Below, piece after piece: positions 1-11,399 of a DNA stretch of 64,000 bases. The translations under genes were made by a program, and so were the position numbers. Each line of letters starts with the position of its first letter. Positions within the stretch are counted from its first letter, which is position 1. Location: assembly GCF_000181795.1 (NCBI RefSeq), contig NW_003526945.1:4676682-4740681 (forward strand), read 5' to 3'. Below the pieces are notes generated by a model. It saw nothing but the letters and a program-made list of their open reading frames with translations, was not told the origin of the DNA and searched no databases. This DNA comes from Trichinella spiralis (taxonomy: Eukaryota).

Positions 1-184
1 CACAACCCCACGCGTTTTAATGAAAATTAAAAAAAGCAACATTACAGTACAGACAATGATATGAATATTGTATCAATTATTACAGTTGTATATCCCATAT
101 TTATTATGGAAATATTTTATTAATTTTCAGCAGTTTGGTGCAGTTCTCATCTTCACATAGTTCTCGAATAATGAATATTTTTAC

Positions 185-262
185 ACGGCGCGAAGATCCA
201 ATAAAATAGCGTGTTCAACGACCAATGAGAAAATTAGGTCAAAATTTGGCGCGAACTGGACC
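185..262. promoter_or_regulatory. CCAAT/E2F-like module repeated in the array (also about 3763-3842, 9694-9770, 11055-11132)
   Basis: GGCGCGAA..CCAAT..CCAAT..TTTGGCGCGAAC recurs in four copies with small variations. Confidence 0.45.
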
Positions 263-545
263 ATCTTTTTATCAATTTTCAGCATTTAGCAAAGCTGGAG
301 CGCACGAAAATAAAGAAAACACTATTTTATTTTATTTTATTTCATTTTACTTTATTAAAAGTTCGATATTTTTGAATATGATAACTGTAATGAAAGAATA
401 TTAATTTGTCATTTCTAGAAATACATTCGGTTCATAAAAACAATTTACGTCATAAATGAAAAATTATAATTATAATAGCTGTGAAAATAATGAGATGGAT
501 AATAAATATCCGATAAGTAGATTCTGATTTTTCTCATTTTTGGCT

Positions 546-1528
546 TCAGGTTTTATTTTCCTCGTTATTCTCCGGAGAAGCTTCTGCATCGCCCATAGGT
601 AGTTCCAACGGTTTCGGTGTCTTATCGACTATGCTTTCCAAGTCGCTCTTCAGAGAATCATGCACAAACACAACCACTATATTATCCCAAGCACCTGCAA
701 ACTTTTCTTTCATTGATTCCATGGTTGTTGCTAATCGCTTCTCCAATTGAAGATGCGGATGATGGTGGTACTCTACTGGAAATATTGCTGAACTTCTAAA
801 AAATGTATAAATTCCATTAGTATTGCTGTATATAAATTTATAAATATTATTATGAATATTAAGAAAACTGATAAAAATTTTCATATGTGAACATACAAAT
901 ATAAACTTTTATTTATAACTATTTGAAGAACGGTTGTTGAGTCTATTTATGACAATGTAATTTCATACTCATATGTTTCGTCAACGCGATATCCATTTTC
1001 AATAGCGAGCAAGCGAAACTGACTCTGAAAACTTGAAAAGCAAAAATAAGTTTCTGCAAAACCGCCATCGATTTTGATAGTCAGCAATTTTTTCTGCCAT
1101 TTTCACTGCATCTTCGTATCCTTATAAAAATAATTAACAAATTATCAAAAACATGATGATCATTTGTATTTGCTTAATGTTACCTCTAATAAATCCGGCA
1201 GCTGCCGTAATACACTTGAAATTTGGGGCGGAAATTACATTGGTGATATTATGGTGCGCATTCCTTGATGCCAGGCCCATTAATCGTGATTTGGATTCTA
1301 TGCTTGCCAATGACGGGCCACTTGATGAGTCAGGCTTCTTTTCCTCTAAAAGTGGACTTGGGTAAATATCGTTCTTTTATAAGAAGGTTCATTACGGTAT
1401 TAATGGTTACCTAGACCAAGGCGTGAATCTAGATATTTGCCATCATCAACAAGAATAAACCACAGTTTTTGACAGGAGTTCCAGCTACACACGAACGAGT
1501 CAAACCTTTCGAAATCCGGGTTTAACAT
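546..1528 (-). CDS. Sts-1/UBASH3-like histidine phosphatase-fold protein, paralogue A1 (about 226 aa; one frameshift, so a pseudogene or a sequencing error)
   Basis: Exons 1528-1411, 1345-1184, 1120-969, 795-546, all GT-AG. Translation MLNPDFERFDSFVCSWNSCQKLWFILVDDG...SRLMGLASRNAHHNITNVISAPNFKCITAAAGFIRG...LTIKIDGGFAE...ENGYRVDETYE...NIVVVFVHDSL. One extra T in the T6 run at 1088-1093 breaks the frame relative to A2-A4. Confidence 0.75.
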
Positions 1529-1582
1529 GCTAACAAAAATTTCTGCTCCTGCGGTTTCTGCGTACAACAACCGAATTTTTGA

Positions 1583-1620
1583 AGAATGAAATAAAAATTT
1601 AAACCAGTCTTATATATACC
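1583..1620 (-). promoter_or_regulatory. TATA box + initiator of A1
   Basis: Minus strand TATATATAAG starts at 1618, 31 nt before the A of TTTCATTC at 1587. The same layout precedes A2-A4. Confidence 0.65.
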
Positions 1621-2069
1621 TTTATTTCGCTTAAAGTGACTTCACAATGAATGTTATTTACTTTACAGTTACCGTACTGCTATTAAACAATCAAGGTTTT
1701 TTAATCGACATTCATATAAATGTGTTTTTTAATTTTTAACATTTATCTTGATTTTATTAATTTTGTTGTATCTGAAACATATTCATTATCAAAAATTTAT
1801 TCATCAATATTATTCAAGAAAATATAGTTATCATTTACTTGATGGCTGTTAGCATTACTATTGTTTTGTTTTTCTATTTGCGTCCCTGATTTTCATAAAT
1901 GCAAAAAATGAGATCGGTCGAATGATTTTATATCTAGTCATATTTAAAATTATTTTATTATTTCTCAATTTCCTGTGCCGCAAATTAACGGTATTTCTTT
2001 GAGAGATGGTTCTAAATACTGTTAGCTAGCTGGTTATGCTTTGTGGTATATTACTAATTTTTGAACGTG

Positions 2070-2518
2070 TCATTGAGCGTCGTTCCTTCGTAACCGATAA
2101 TTTTCTGCCAACAATGATTCTTCGAGGTTAACGGGTGTATTTTGGGAATTTAATTTGCTACCAGCTAATGTGAAAACAGTTACATGATGGCAAGGATGTG
2201 AAGTATAGTGAAAGTCACTTCTGATAGTGAAAAAACATTTATAAATGAACTTTCCAAACAAAAAGAATAGTGGTTGATAAATTTGCATAAAAAACATATC
2301 AGTATTGTCCAACGCTGAGAATACTTCCAGTTACCATGAGGGCTGTGTCTTTTATGAGCGCACTGATATAAAACAAAATTGTTATCATCCTCTACGTGAT
2401 ACATTTTGAATTTTTGATTCGAATTAGTTTCACTTTTCTGCAAACTAAGGTAATCGTCAATGGGCACCGCTTCAATTATAAACAACTTCAACGGTGACAC
2501 TGGGATCAGTACCTTCAC
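2070..2518 (-). pseudogene. Family B small Cys-containing protein, frameshifted copy B1
   Basis: ORFs 2180-2518 and 2070-2312 join across a frameshift near 2265 (CFLCKFINHY / FGKFIYKCF). Homologous to B3 and B4. Confidence 0.5.
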
Positions 2519-2554
2519 AAATTGGAAACAGCGATGAAAGGAATTTATTTATAT

Positions 2555-2965
2555 TTTCCACTTGGCCACTTGGAACCAATTTCTTTGCTCAGAGAACTGA
2601 GGAAATCGCGTTTAAACACTGGAACTCTGTGCTGAGATCCATCGAAAGACATCGGAACCAACTATGAAAATTCAATCAATGGTAATTCAAAACTTCAAAT
2701 ATATAAAAATAAATAATTTTTAATTAATAAATTTTATTAATTCTAAATTAATATGATAATTTTTAAAAATAATGTCACCTTTTCCTGAATTTTCATTCTG
2801 TAGTAAAACGATCATACTGTAACTTTGATGCATATGAAAGGTTTAAATAAATTCATTTGAAGTGTTGAATTAAGAAAGAACAAATGAATGTACATTTAAT
2901 TCAGTAAATAAATAAATTTTGTTTGAAATTTATTTAAATAATGAAAATGGTCACAAACAATAAAG
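2555..2965. repeat. Diverged same-orientation duplicate of 14860-15365 (part of exon 1 and upstream region of the SPIDR-like gene)
   Basis: TCCACTTGGCCACTTGGAACCAATTTCTTTGCTCAGAGAACTGAGGAAA is identical at both sites and similarity continues for about 400 nt. Confidence 0.9.
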
Positions 2966-2989
2966 TATAAAACATAAAATATACAGTTT

Positions 2990-3650
2990 TAATTTGTTCA
3001 ACAATGAAAAGAACTTCAGAATCGATTTTTTTCAGTTTTGCATCGCTACCTGGGCGAACAAATCAGCATAAAACGACAGCAGCTTCAGGACACTGACTAT
3101 CCAACTCAGATTCACTTCAGTTTTACACAAAAGCTCTATTCACTGTTCAAATTTGTTCAATCTCAATTAATTCTAGACCTGTAAGCTTATATTCAACCAG
3201 TAGTTGACCTAATTTCACAACATCTCAGCCATTTTTTGATTATGATTATTATCACTTTTATGAAAATTTAAATTTATAATCGAAGATGAAATTAGTAGCA
3301 CCGAGGCACTGGAAAACCGGTTTTTCAGCAGTTTGAGCTGAGTATTGTCAGTTGAAATTTGTGCCAAAAGTAAAAATAAGTTGCATTTTGGTGAACAACG
3401 AAAATTTTCACCACATAGAAAAAAAGATCGACAAAATGGCGGGCCATTTCGACTGTAATTTCCTTCGCCATGACAACACAACCCACGCGTTTAATGAAAT
3501 TAAAAAACATCATTGCAGGATAGATAATCATATGAAAACTGCATCAATTAATGCACTTGTATATCCATATTTCATTTGCAAATAATTAATCAATTTTCAG
3601 CGGTTTGGTGCAGTGCTCAAATCCACAAAATTCTCGAATAATGAATATTT
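2990..3650. repeat. Array spacer unit C (copies at about 10410-11050, partial 6880-7220 and 1-180)
   Basis: Long near-identical stretches such as ATCAGCATAAAACGACAGCAGCTTCAGGACACTGACTATCCA occur near 3062 and 10483. Confidence 0.9.
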
Positions 3651-4106
3651 TCATTATTTTGCCTCTAAGAGTCAGTCACCAAAAAAATGCGGGTAGAAGC
3701 GGTGCAGGTGATAAACGACCCAAAATTTGTACTTTGCTTGTTTCACTCAACCAATAAGTCGGCGGCGTGAAGGTCCAATAAAATAGTGCGTTACACGCCC
3801 AATAAGAAAATTAAGTCAAATTTTGGCGCGAACTGGACCATCTTTTTATTAATTTTCAGCATTTAGCATAGCTTATGCGCATGAAAATAAACAAAATGCT
3901 ATTTTATGTTATTTTATTAAAAATGTGATAATTCTGAATGATATAATTGTAATGAAAAAAATTAATTTGTCATTTTTAGAAACACATTCAGTCCATAAAA
4001 ACAATTTACGTCATAAATGAAAAATTATATATGTAGCAACTGTGAAAATAATGAGATGGATAATAAATATCCGATCAGTAGATTCTGGTGGATCACACTG
4101 ATGCCT

Positions 4107-5083
4107 TTATTCATCGTTTTTCTCAGGAGGCAACGGGATATCGAGTGCAGGGCGAAGATGTCGTTGGTACAGTACCCCTGACTGACCAATAACATCTGTC
4201 AGCACGCTCTTCAAAGATTTGTCCACAAAGACAACGACCGCACTCTGTTCCATACCTGAATACTTTTCTTTGAGAAAGTGGACTGCTGCTGCCATGCGGC
4301 ATTCCAAATTAACATAACGATCAACCTTGCACTTTCCGCAGCATTTAACCGAGGTCCTATAAAATTAATAAATATATTATTGTTTCAGCAATGTTCACTT
4401 TATTAAAATCATTATGAATATAAAAAACCGATAAAAATTTTCATCTTAATCACATCATACAAAAGATAAATTTTATTGAAACTTAATTAAAGTAGTAATA
4501 AAACACTATTTATGAAAATTTAATTCATACTCGTAGGTTTCATCAACATTATATCCACGTTCAACAGCCAGTGACCGAAATTGCTTGTGTAAATAGTAAC
4601 CCTCGGTAGTAGAGCTGAATGCACCATCAATTTTTATGTTCAAACCTTCAATTTCATCTTTTTTTTCACGTTGGAATCCTTAAAAAAAGAATAGGCAAAT
4701 TATTAAATTCACGATGATCAACTCTAGTAGCTGAATGTTACCATAGATAAAACTACCAGCTGCAACTATGCACTTAACACTCGGGGCACAAATGATATCA
4801 GAGATATTGAAGCCGGCTTCATGGGCTAGTTCGCCCATCTCAAGCGATTTTCTTCCTACAGCTGTCATAGACTGGAAATTGCTTTCACTCGCCTCGTTTC
4901 TCCCTAAATTTATATTACGATAAATATTATTTGAGAAGAAGGTTCATTACTGTATTAATGATTACCTGCACGGAGTTGTAGAAAAGGGAATCCGTCTTCT
5001 TCAACCATTATAAACCAAATCGTCGCAGAAGAATCCCAGCGATAAACCCACGAGTGAAAGGATTTGAACCCTGGCTCGGACAT
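4107..5083 (-). CDS. Sts-1/UBASH3-like histidine phosphatase-fold protein, paralogue A2 (225 aa)
   Basis: Exons 5083-4966, 4903-4742, 4678-4531, 4356-4107 total 678 nt in an open frame: MSEPGFKSFHSWVYRWDSSATIWFIMVEEDG...MGELAHEAGFNISDIICAPSVKCIVAAGSFIYG...LNIKIDGAFS...RGYNVDETYE...SAVVVFVDKSL. Confidence 0.85.
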
Positions 5084-5129
5084 AGTAATTCAAAATTGAC
5101 CACGCCTGCGCACAACAGAAAACAGTTTG

Positions 5130-6486
5130 AAGAATGAAATAAAACTTTACACGGATCTTATTTATACTTTTGCTTTGTTTAAAGTGACATTAAAATAAAT
5201 GTTATTTAATTTAAAGTTAATACATTTATCTACAAACATTAAAGGTTTTTCAATCGATATTTATATAAATATACGTCTTTTAATATTTAATATTTATATA
5301 ATATATTACAAAATATTATATTAATTTCAATGCAACTGAATAAAATTTATTATCAAAAATATATTTATTAATATTATTAAAGAAAATATAGCTTATAATT
5401 AAATGACAACTTTTCGCATTAATGTCTTTTCTGAACTCTTATTTAACCTCCCTAATTTTCACAAATGCAAAAAAACGAGTTCGGCCATTTGATTTTGTAT
5501 CTAGTGATTTCAAAGTTATTTGAATATTTCTCAATCTCCTGTGTGGCAAATTAACGGCATTTATTTGAGCGTCTGTTAGAAGTGCCGATAACAAACAAGA
5601 TAGTTATACTTTTTGCATTATTTTAATTTTTGAAGTCAATCCTTCTGTAGCAGATAGTTTATTTGGCAACAGGGATTCTTGGAGGTGAACATTCGTACAT
5701 TGAAGATCACATTACCAGTGGCACATATAAAAGCTTTTATATCATGCCACAGGTATCATGTCATGTGAGAGCCCATTTTTTAAGTGAAAAGCACTTNNNN
5801 NNNNNNAAGGAAAATAAAAACTTTACCACGGGTTTTTATTTATACTTTTGCTTTGGTTTAAAAGTGACATTAAAATAAAATGTTATTTAATTTAAAAGTT
5901 AATACATTTATCTACAACCATTAAAGGTTTTTCAATCGATATTTATATAAATATACGTCTTTTTAATATTTAATATTTATATAATATGGTGCAAAAAAAA
6001 AAAAATTAATTTCAATGCAACTGAATAAAATTTATTATCAAAAATATATTTATTAATATTATTAAAGAAAATATAGCTTATAATTAAATGACAACTTTTC
6101 GCATTAATGTCTTTTCTGAACTCTTATTTAACCTCCCTAATTTTCACAAATGCAAAAAAACGAGTTCGGCCATTTGATTTTGTATCTAGTGATTTCAAAG
6201 TTATTTGAATATTTCTCAATCTCCTGTGTGGCAAATTAACGGCATTTATTTGAGCGTCTGTTAGAAGTGCCGATAACAAACAAGATAGTTATACTTTTTG
6301 CATTATTTTAATTTTTGAAGTCAATCCTTCTGTAGCAGATAGTTTATTTGGCAACAGGGATTCTTGGAAGTGAACATTCGTACATTGGGGATCACATTAC
6401 CAGTGGCACATATAATAAAAGCTTTTATATCATAGCACAGGTATCATGTCATGTGAGAACCACTTCTTCAAGTGAAAAGCACTTAT
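5130..6486. other. Assembly gap (10 N at 5797-5806) flanked by a near-identical tandem duplication of about 670 nt
   Basis: 5130-5796 is repeated at 5807-6486. Differences cluster next to the gap and are mostly homopolymer-length changes. Confidence 0.9.
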
Positions 6487-6767
6487 AAATGGAATGCAAG
6501 TAGAACAATTAATTGTTGGCAAATTAGCATACAAAGCATACCAATATTGTCAGAGACGGAGAATATTTTCTGAATAAAAATAGTATTGGTTCTGTTGAAG
6601 CGCATTAATTTGAAAAATTTGCATTTTCCACGTGAATTATTTTGAATTTTTGATTTCAAATTAGTTTCACTTTTTTCCTCAAATACTGTCTGTCATAGAG
6701 TATCAGCTCCAATTATTACTAACAACAACAACAACAACAGTGCATTAAAATGAATATTCCCACCCAT
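6310..6767 (-). pseudogene. Family B signal-peptide gene, decayed copy B3
   Basis: MGGNIHFNALLLLLLLVIIGADTL then a stop. Downstream KYSPSLTILVCFVC*...IYKCF aligns with B1 but carries several stops. Confidence 0.5.
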
Positions 6768-7080
6768 CTAAAACAATGATATAAACAATTTATTTCAAAT
6801 TTTCCTACACCATAGATACATTTATTACTATTATTATTATTATATTTGTTGTTATTATTATTTAAATGGTGTTTTTAATCAAAAATTTCATCATCGTTTC
6901 ATCAGCATCGACCCACCGGAAAACTGGTTTTGCAGCAGTTGGAGATGAGTATTATTAGTACAAATTTGTAACATAAGGAAGAATAGATTGCTGTTGAGGG
7001 AATAACGAAAATTTTTGACCAGGTAGAGAAAAAGTTGGGCAAAATGGCGGGCGGTATACCTTTAATGGACTAAAAGTTGC

Positions 7081-7094
7081 GTTGCCATGGCAAC
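7081..7094. promoter_or_regulatory. Perfect palindromic RFX/DAF-19 X-box
   Basis: GTTGCCATGGCAAC, about 40 nt from a YY1-like AAAATGGCGG. Paralogous positions read GTCGCCATGACAAC (10862) and TTCGCCATGACAAC (3464). Confidence 0.55.
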
Positions 7095-7435
7095 ACCGCC
7101 CACGCGTGCATTGGAAATTAAAAAACAACATTACAGTACAAATAATCAACATAAAATTGTATCAAATAATTCAGTTGTATATCATTATTTACTGTAGAAG
7201 TAATTTATCAATTTCCAGTATTCAGCGTTGCTTATGCGCATGAAAATAAATAAACAACTACTTTATGTTACTTTATTATAAATGAATTTATTTTCAATTA
7301 ATGTGAACAAATATTCATAATTAATTTTTGGAAATACTGTCATTTTCGATAAAACAATTTTCATCATAAAACATGAATTATCAATATAATAGGTGTGAAA
7401 AAGATGAGATGTCATAATATAATAATTTTCACTGA

Positions 7436-8429
7436 TCACACGTCGTGTTCATTTTTCGGATTCTCCTGAGTCAACGGGGTTTCTTCTACAGGAGGAATTT
7501 CCATATTGATCAGCAACTGTGATCGACTAGCTATTTCTCTCAGCACGCTCCCCAAAGATTTGTCAACAAACACTGCGACTACATTGGGCATTGTATCTTG
7601 ATACTTGTTTCTCATTGAGTCTAAAGCTGCGCTTAAGCGCCATTCCAAATCGACATACGGGTCAGCTTTGCAATTTCCCGGCCATTGAACGGAAGTCCTA
7701 AAAAATTAATAAATATTTCAATTCTTTCCAGCACTGCTCACTCGATTAAGATCATTATGCTTATGAAGAAAACGAACAAAAATTTTTATCTTAATCACAT
7801 CATTCAAAAGATAAATTTTACTGAAACTTATTTAAAGTAGGAATAAAAGACTATTTATGAAAATTTAATTCATACTCGTAGGTTTCATCAACATCATATC
7901 CACGTTCAACAACCAGTGATCGAAATTGCTTCTGCAAATAATAACCCTCAGCAGTCGAGCTGAATCCTCCATCAATTTTTATGTTCAAAACATTCATTTC
8001 ATCATTTTTCATATATTGGAATCCTTAAAAAAAGAATTGGCAAATTATTAAATTCACGATAACCAACTGTAATAGCTGAATGTTACCTTTGATAAAACTA
8101 TCAGCTGCAATAATGCAGTTGATGCTCGGGGAACAAATGACATTAGAGATATTGAAGCGCGTTATACGGGCTGCGTCGCCCATCAAAAACGACTTTCTTT
8201 CTACCGCTGTCAGAGACTTGAAATTCCTTTGGCTCTTCCTGTTTATCCCCAAACCTGAATTACGGTAGATATTCTTTTGAAAAGAAGGTTCATTACTGTA
8301 TTAATAATTACCTCCACGGGGACGTAGAGAAGGAAATTCGTCTTCTTCAACCAGAATAAACCACATCATTTGTGTAGATATCCAGTGAAACACCCACGAC
8401 TGAAAAGATTTCAAATTTCCTCCCGACAT
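7436..8429 (-). CDS. Sts-1/UBASH3-like histidine phosphatase-fold protein, paralogue A3 (231 aa)
   Basis: Exons 8429-8312, 8254-8087, 8023-7876, 7697-7436 total 696 nt in an open frame: MSGGNLKSFQSWVFHWISTQMMWFILVEEDE...NISNVICSPSINCIIAADSFIKG...LNIKIDGGFS...RGYDVDETYE...NVVAVFVDKSL. Confidence 0.85.
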
Positions 8430-8968
8430 ACTTATTCAAAGCTGTGGTTTCCCGCACACAACAGAAAAATATGTGAAGAATGAAATAAAACTTTAAACCG
8501 ATTTTATTATACCTTTATTTCGCTTAAAGTGACGTGGCATTAAATGTTATTTAATTTACAGTCACCGTAATTGCCTGCAAACATTAAAAGTTTCTTAATC
8601 GATATTTATATGAATATGGGTTTTTCAAATTTTAATATTTAAGTAATTATAATTAATTTTGCTGTTACTCAATTATATGTATTATCAAATATATATTCAT
8701 TCATATTATTCAAGAAAATACACTTATCATTTACTCGATGGCTTTTTGTATTAGTACTGTTTTGTTCATGTATTTGCGAACCTGACTTTCACAAATGCAA
8801 AATAAGAGATCGGTCGTTTGATTTTATATGCAGTCATATTTAAAATTATTTGAATATTTTTCAGTTTCCTGTGTCAGAAATTAACCGTATTTATTTGAGC
8901 GATGGCTATAAATACTGTTAGCTAGCTGGTTATGCTTTGTGATATATTACTAATATTTGAACGTGTCA

Positions 8969-9422
8969 TTTAGCATTGTCCGAAAGTAATATGCAGTTTA
9001 TTTGGCATTTGAAAATCTTCGAAGTGAATTTGCGCACACTGCGAATCACATTTGCCTCTAGCTTATACCAAAATAGTTATTTCACGGTACAGATGCCACA
9101 TTTGATGAGATTCACATTTGAAAATGAAAAGCATTCATAAATGAACTGCCCAAATTGATAATAGTGTTTGGTGAATTTGCAGGCAGAACATCTTCCTACT
9201 GTTATACGTTGGGAATATCTTCTCTTAATGTGGCTGTTAGGTTTTGTGTGGCGCATTGATTTTATACCACAAAGTATTTATCTTCTACCTGAGTTATTCT
9301 GGAATTTTGATTTAAAATTAGTTGAAGTCCTTTGTTAATTGCAGTATGTGCCCTTCAGCTTCGGCTTCCGTTGTAAACAACTGCAATAGGAATATTAGTA
9401 TGATGATCACATTAGCATCCAT
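8969..9422 (-). pseudogene. Family B signal-peptide gene, decayed copy B4
   Basis: MDANVIIILIFLLQLFTTEAEAEG reads as a signal peptide. Downstream CSACKFTKHYYQFGQFIYECF aligns with B1, with frameshifts and stops. Confidence 0.5.
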
Positions 9423-11399
9423 ATATTTTCCCGTTTCACTTTAAATTACCAAAATTTCAAAATGAAATTATTTTCTGTTTTTGAAATTCAAATAAATTAT
9501 ATTCAATTGGCATGATGATCTATAGTGCCGTAAAAAACAGTAGCTCATCACAACTGCTTTTGTTATGCACTTTAGGACATCGTAAAGATGTAATTACTGC
9601 ATTTCAATGTGTTCATAAAAAAGGCTAATGCAGTGTAATTTGATTGAAAACTGAAATCTGTACTGAGCTTCTTTCACTCAGCCAATAAGACAACGGCGCG
9701 AAATTATAATAAAATAATAGTTTCAACGACCAATAGGAAAATTAGGTCAAATTTTGGCGGGAACTGCGCCATCCCTTTATTAAGATTCATTAATTTAATC
9801 AAAACTGTTCATAACTAATTAGCATGTTGAAAAAATGAATATTTCCAGTTTCAAAACGGTGTAGATCTTCTCTGGTGTTGCTCTTGATCTTCCCAGTATT
9901 GCTGCTGCTGAATGACTTGTAGTTTTGCATTTGTCTGGTGGTCCAGGCTTCAAACTTAAATTTACCTTTGTCATCAAATTTGATGAGAAAAATAAACGTA
10001 TCAGCCGAATAAGCAGTTTCTAGACGAGAAGCGGGAAATTTTGAATAAATTGCTCAAAAAATGCAATATCCGATGCTAATTGAATGTAGCTGAGAATATA
10101 TGACGAACTTTCAGTCATCAGCGCGAAAAAAAGCGATCAAAAAACGTCGTTGTCATGGAGATAGTTTGGAGGTCGGAAAAATAAATTCGAACTACGTTAA
10201 ATGAATCGAATTATTTATTATTATTATTATTATTTAGTTTATTATTTTTTATTTTCTAACATTGTTAGGATTGTCAATATTCAACAGATTAGCCATTTCT
10301 GGAGTGCATGGAAAATAATCTTGTCGATCTATTTTAAAACTAAACAATTTATATTTTCAACATTAAGGAATAAACTGATTTCAGTGTAAATTATAATATT
10401 CAATATTCATAATTTGTTGAACTACGAAAAGATCTTCAAAACATGATTGTCTTTAATTTTGCTTCGCTACTCGGGCGAACTAATCAGCATAAAACGACAG
10501 CAGCTTCAGGACACTGACTATCCATCTCAGATTCACTTCAGTTTTACACAAAAGCTCTATTCACTGTTCAAATTTGTTCAATCTCAATTAATTCCAGACA
10601 TGTCAGCTAATATTCAACCAGTAGTTGACCTAATTTCTCTATACCTCAGCCATTTTTATGTAAATTTAAATTTATAATCAAAGATGAAATTAGTAGCACC
10701 GAGGCACTGGAAAACCGGTTTTTCAACAGTTTGAGCTGAGTATTATCAGTTGAAATTTGTGCCAAAAGTAAAAATAAGTTGCATTTTGGTGAACAACGAA
10801 AATTTTGACTATATAGAAGAAAAAATAAACAAAATGGCGGGTCGTTTTGACTGAAATTTCCGTCGCCATGACAACACAACCTACGCGTTTAATGAAATTA
10901 AAAAAACAACATTACAGTACACATAATTATACGAATATTGTATCAATTATTGCAGTTGTATATCCATATTTATTATGGAAATATTTTATTAATTTTCAGC
11001 AGTTTGGTGCAGTTCTCATCATCACATAGTTTTCGAATAATGAATATTTTTACACGGCGCGAAGGTTCAATAAAGTAGCGCCTTCAACGACCGATAAGAA
11101 AATTAGGTCAGAATTTGGCGCGAACTGGACCATTTTTTTTGAATTTTCAGCATTTAGCATAGCTTATGCGCATGAAAACAAGCAAAACACTATTTTATTT
11201 TATTTTATTTTATTTTATTAAAAATGTGATGATTTTGATGAATATAATTGTTAGGAAAAAATATTGTAAATGTCATTTCTGGAAATACATTCGATGAAAA
11301 AAACAATTTACATCATAAATGAAAAATTATAAATATAATTGCTGTGAAAATTATGAGATGGATAATAAATATCCAATGAGTAGATTCTGATTGATTAGA

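Noticed and set aside
9850..10080. Possible gene beside the X-box-like motif at 10149
   Set aside because: Only a short unrecognisable frame with no supported exon chain.
10447..10879. ORFs in spacer unit C (also 3215-3585, 6955-7152)
   Set aside because: Frames and stops are not conserved between copies and no consistent splice model was found.
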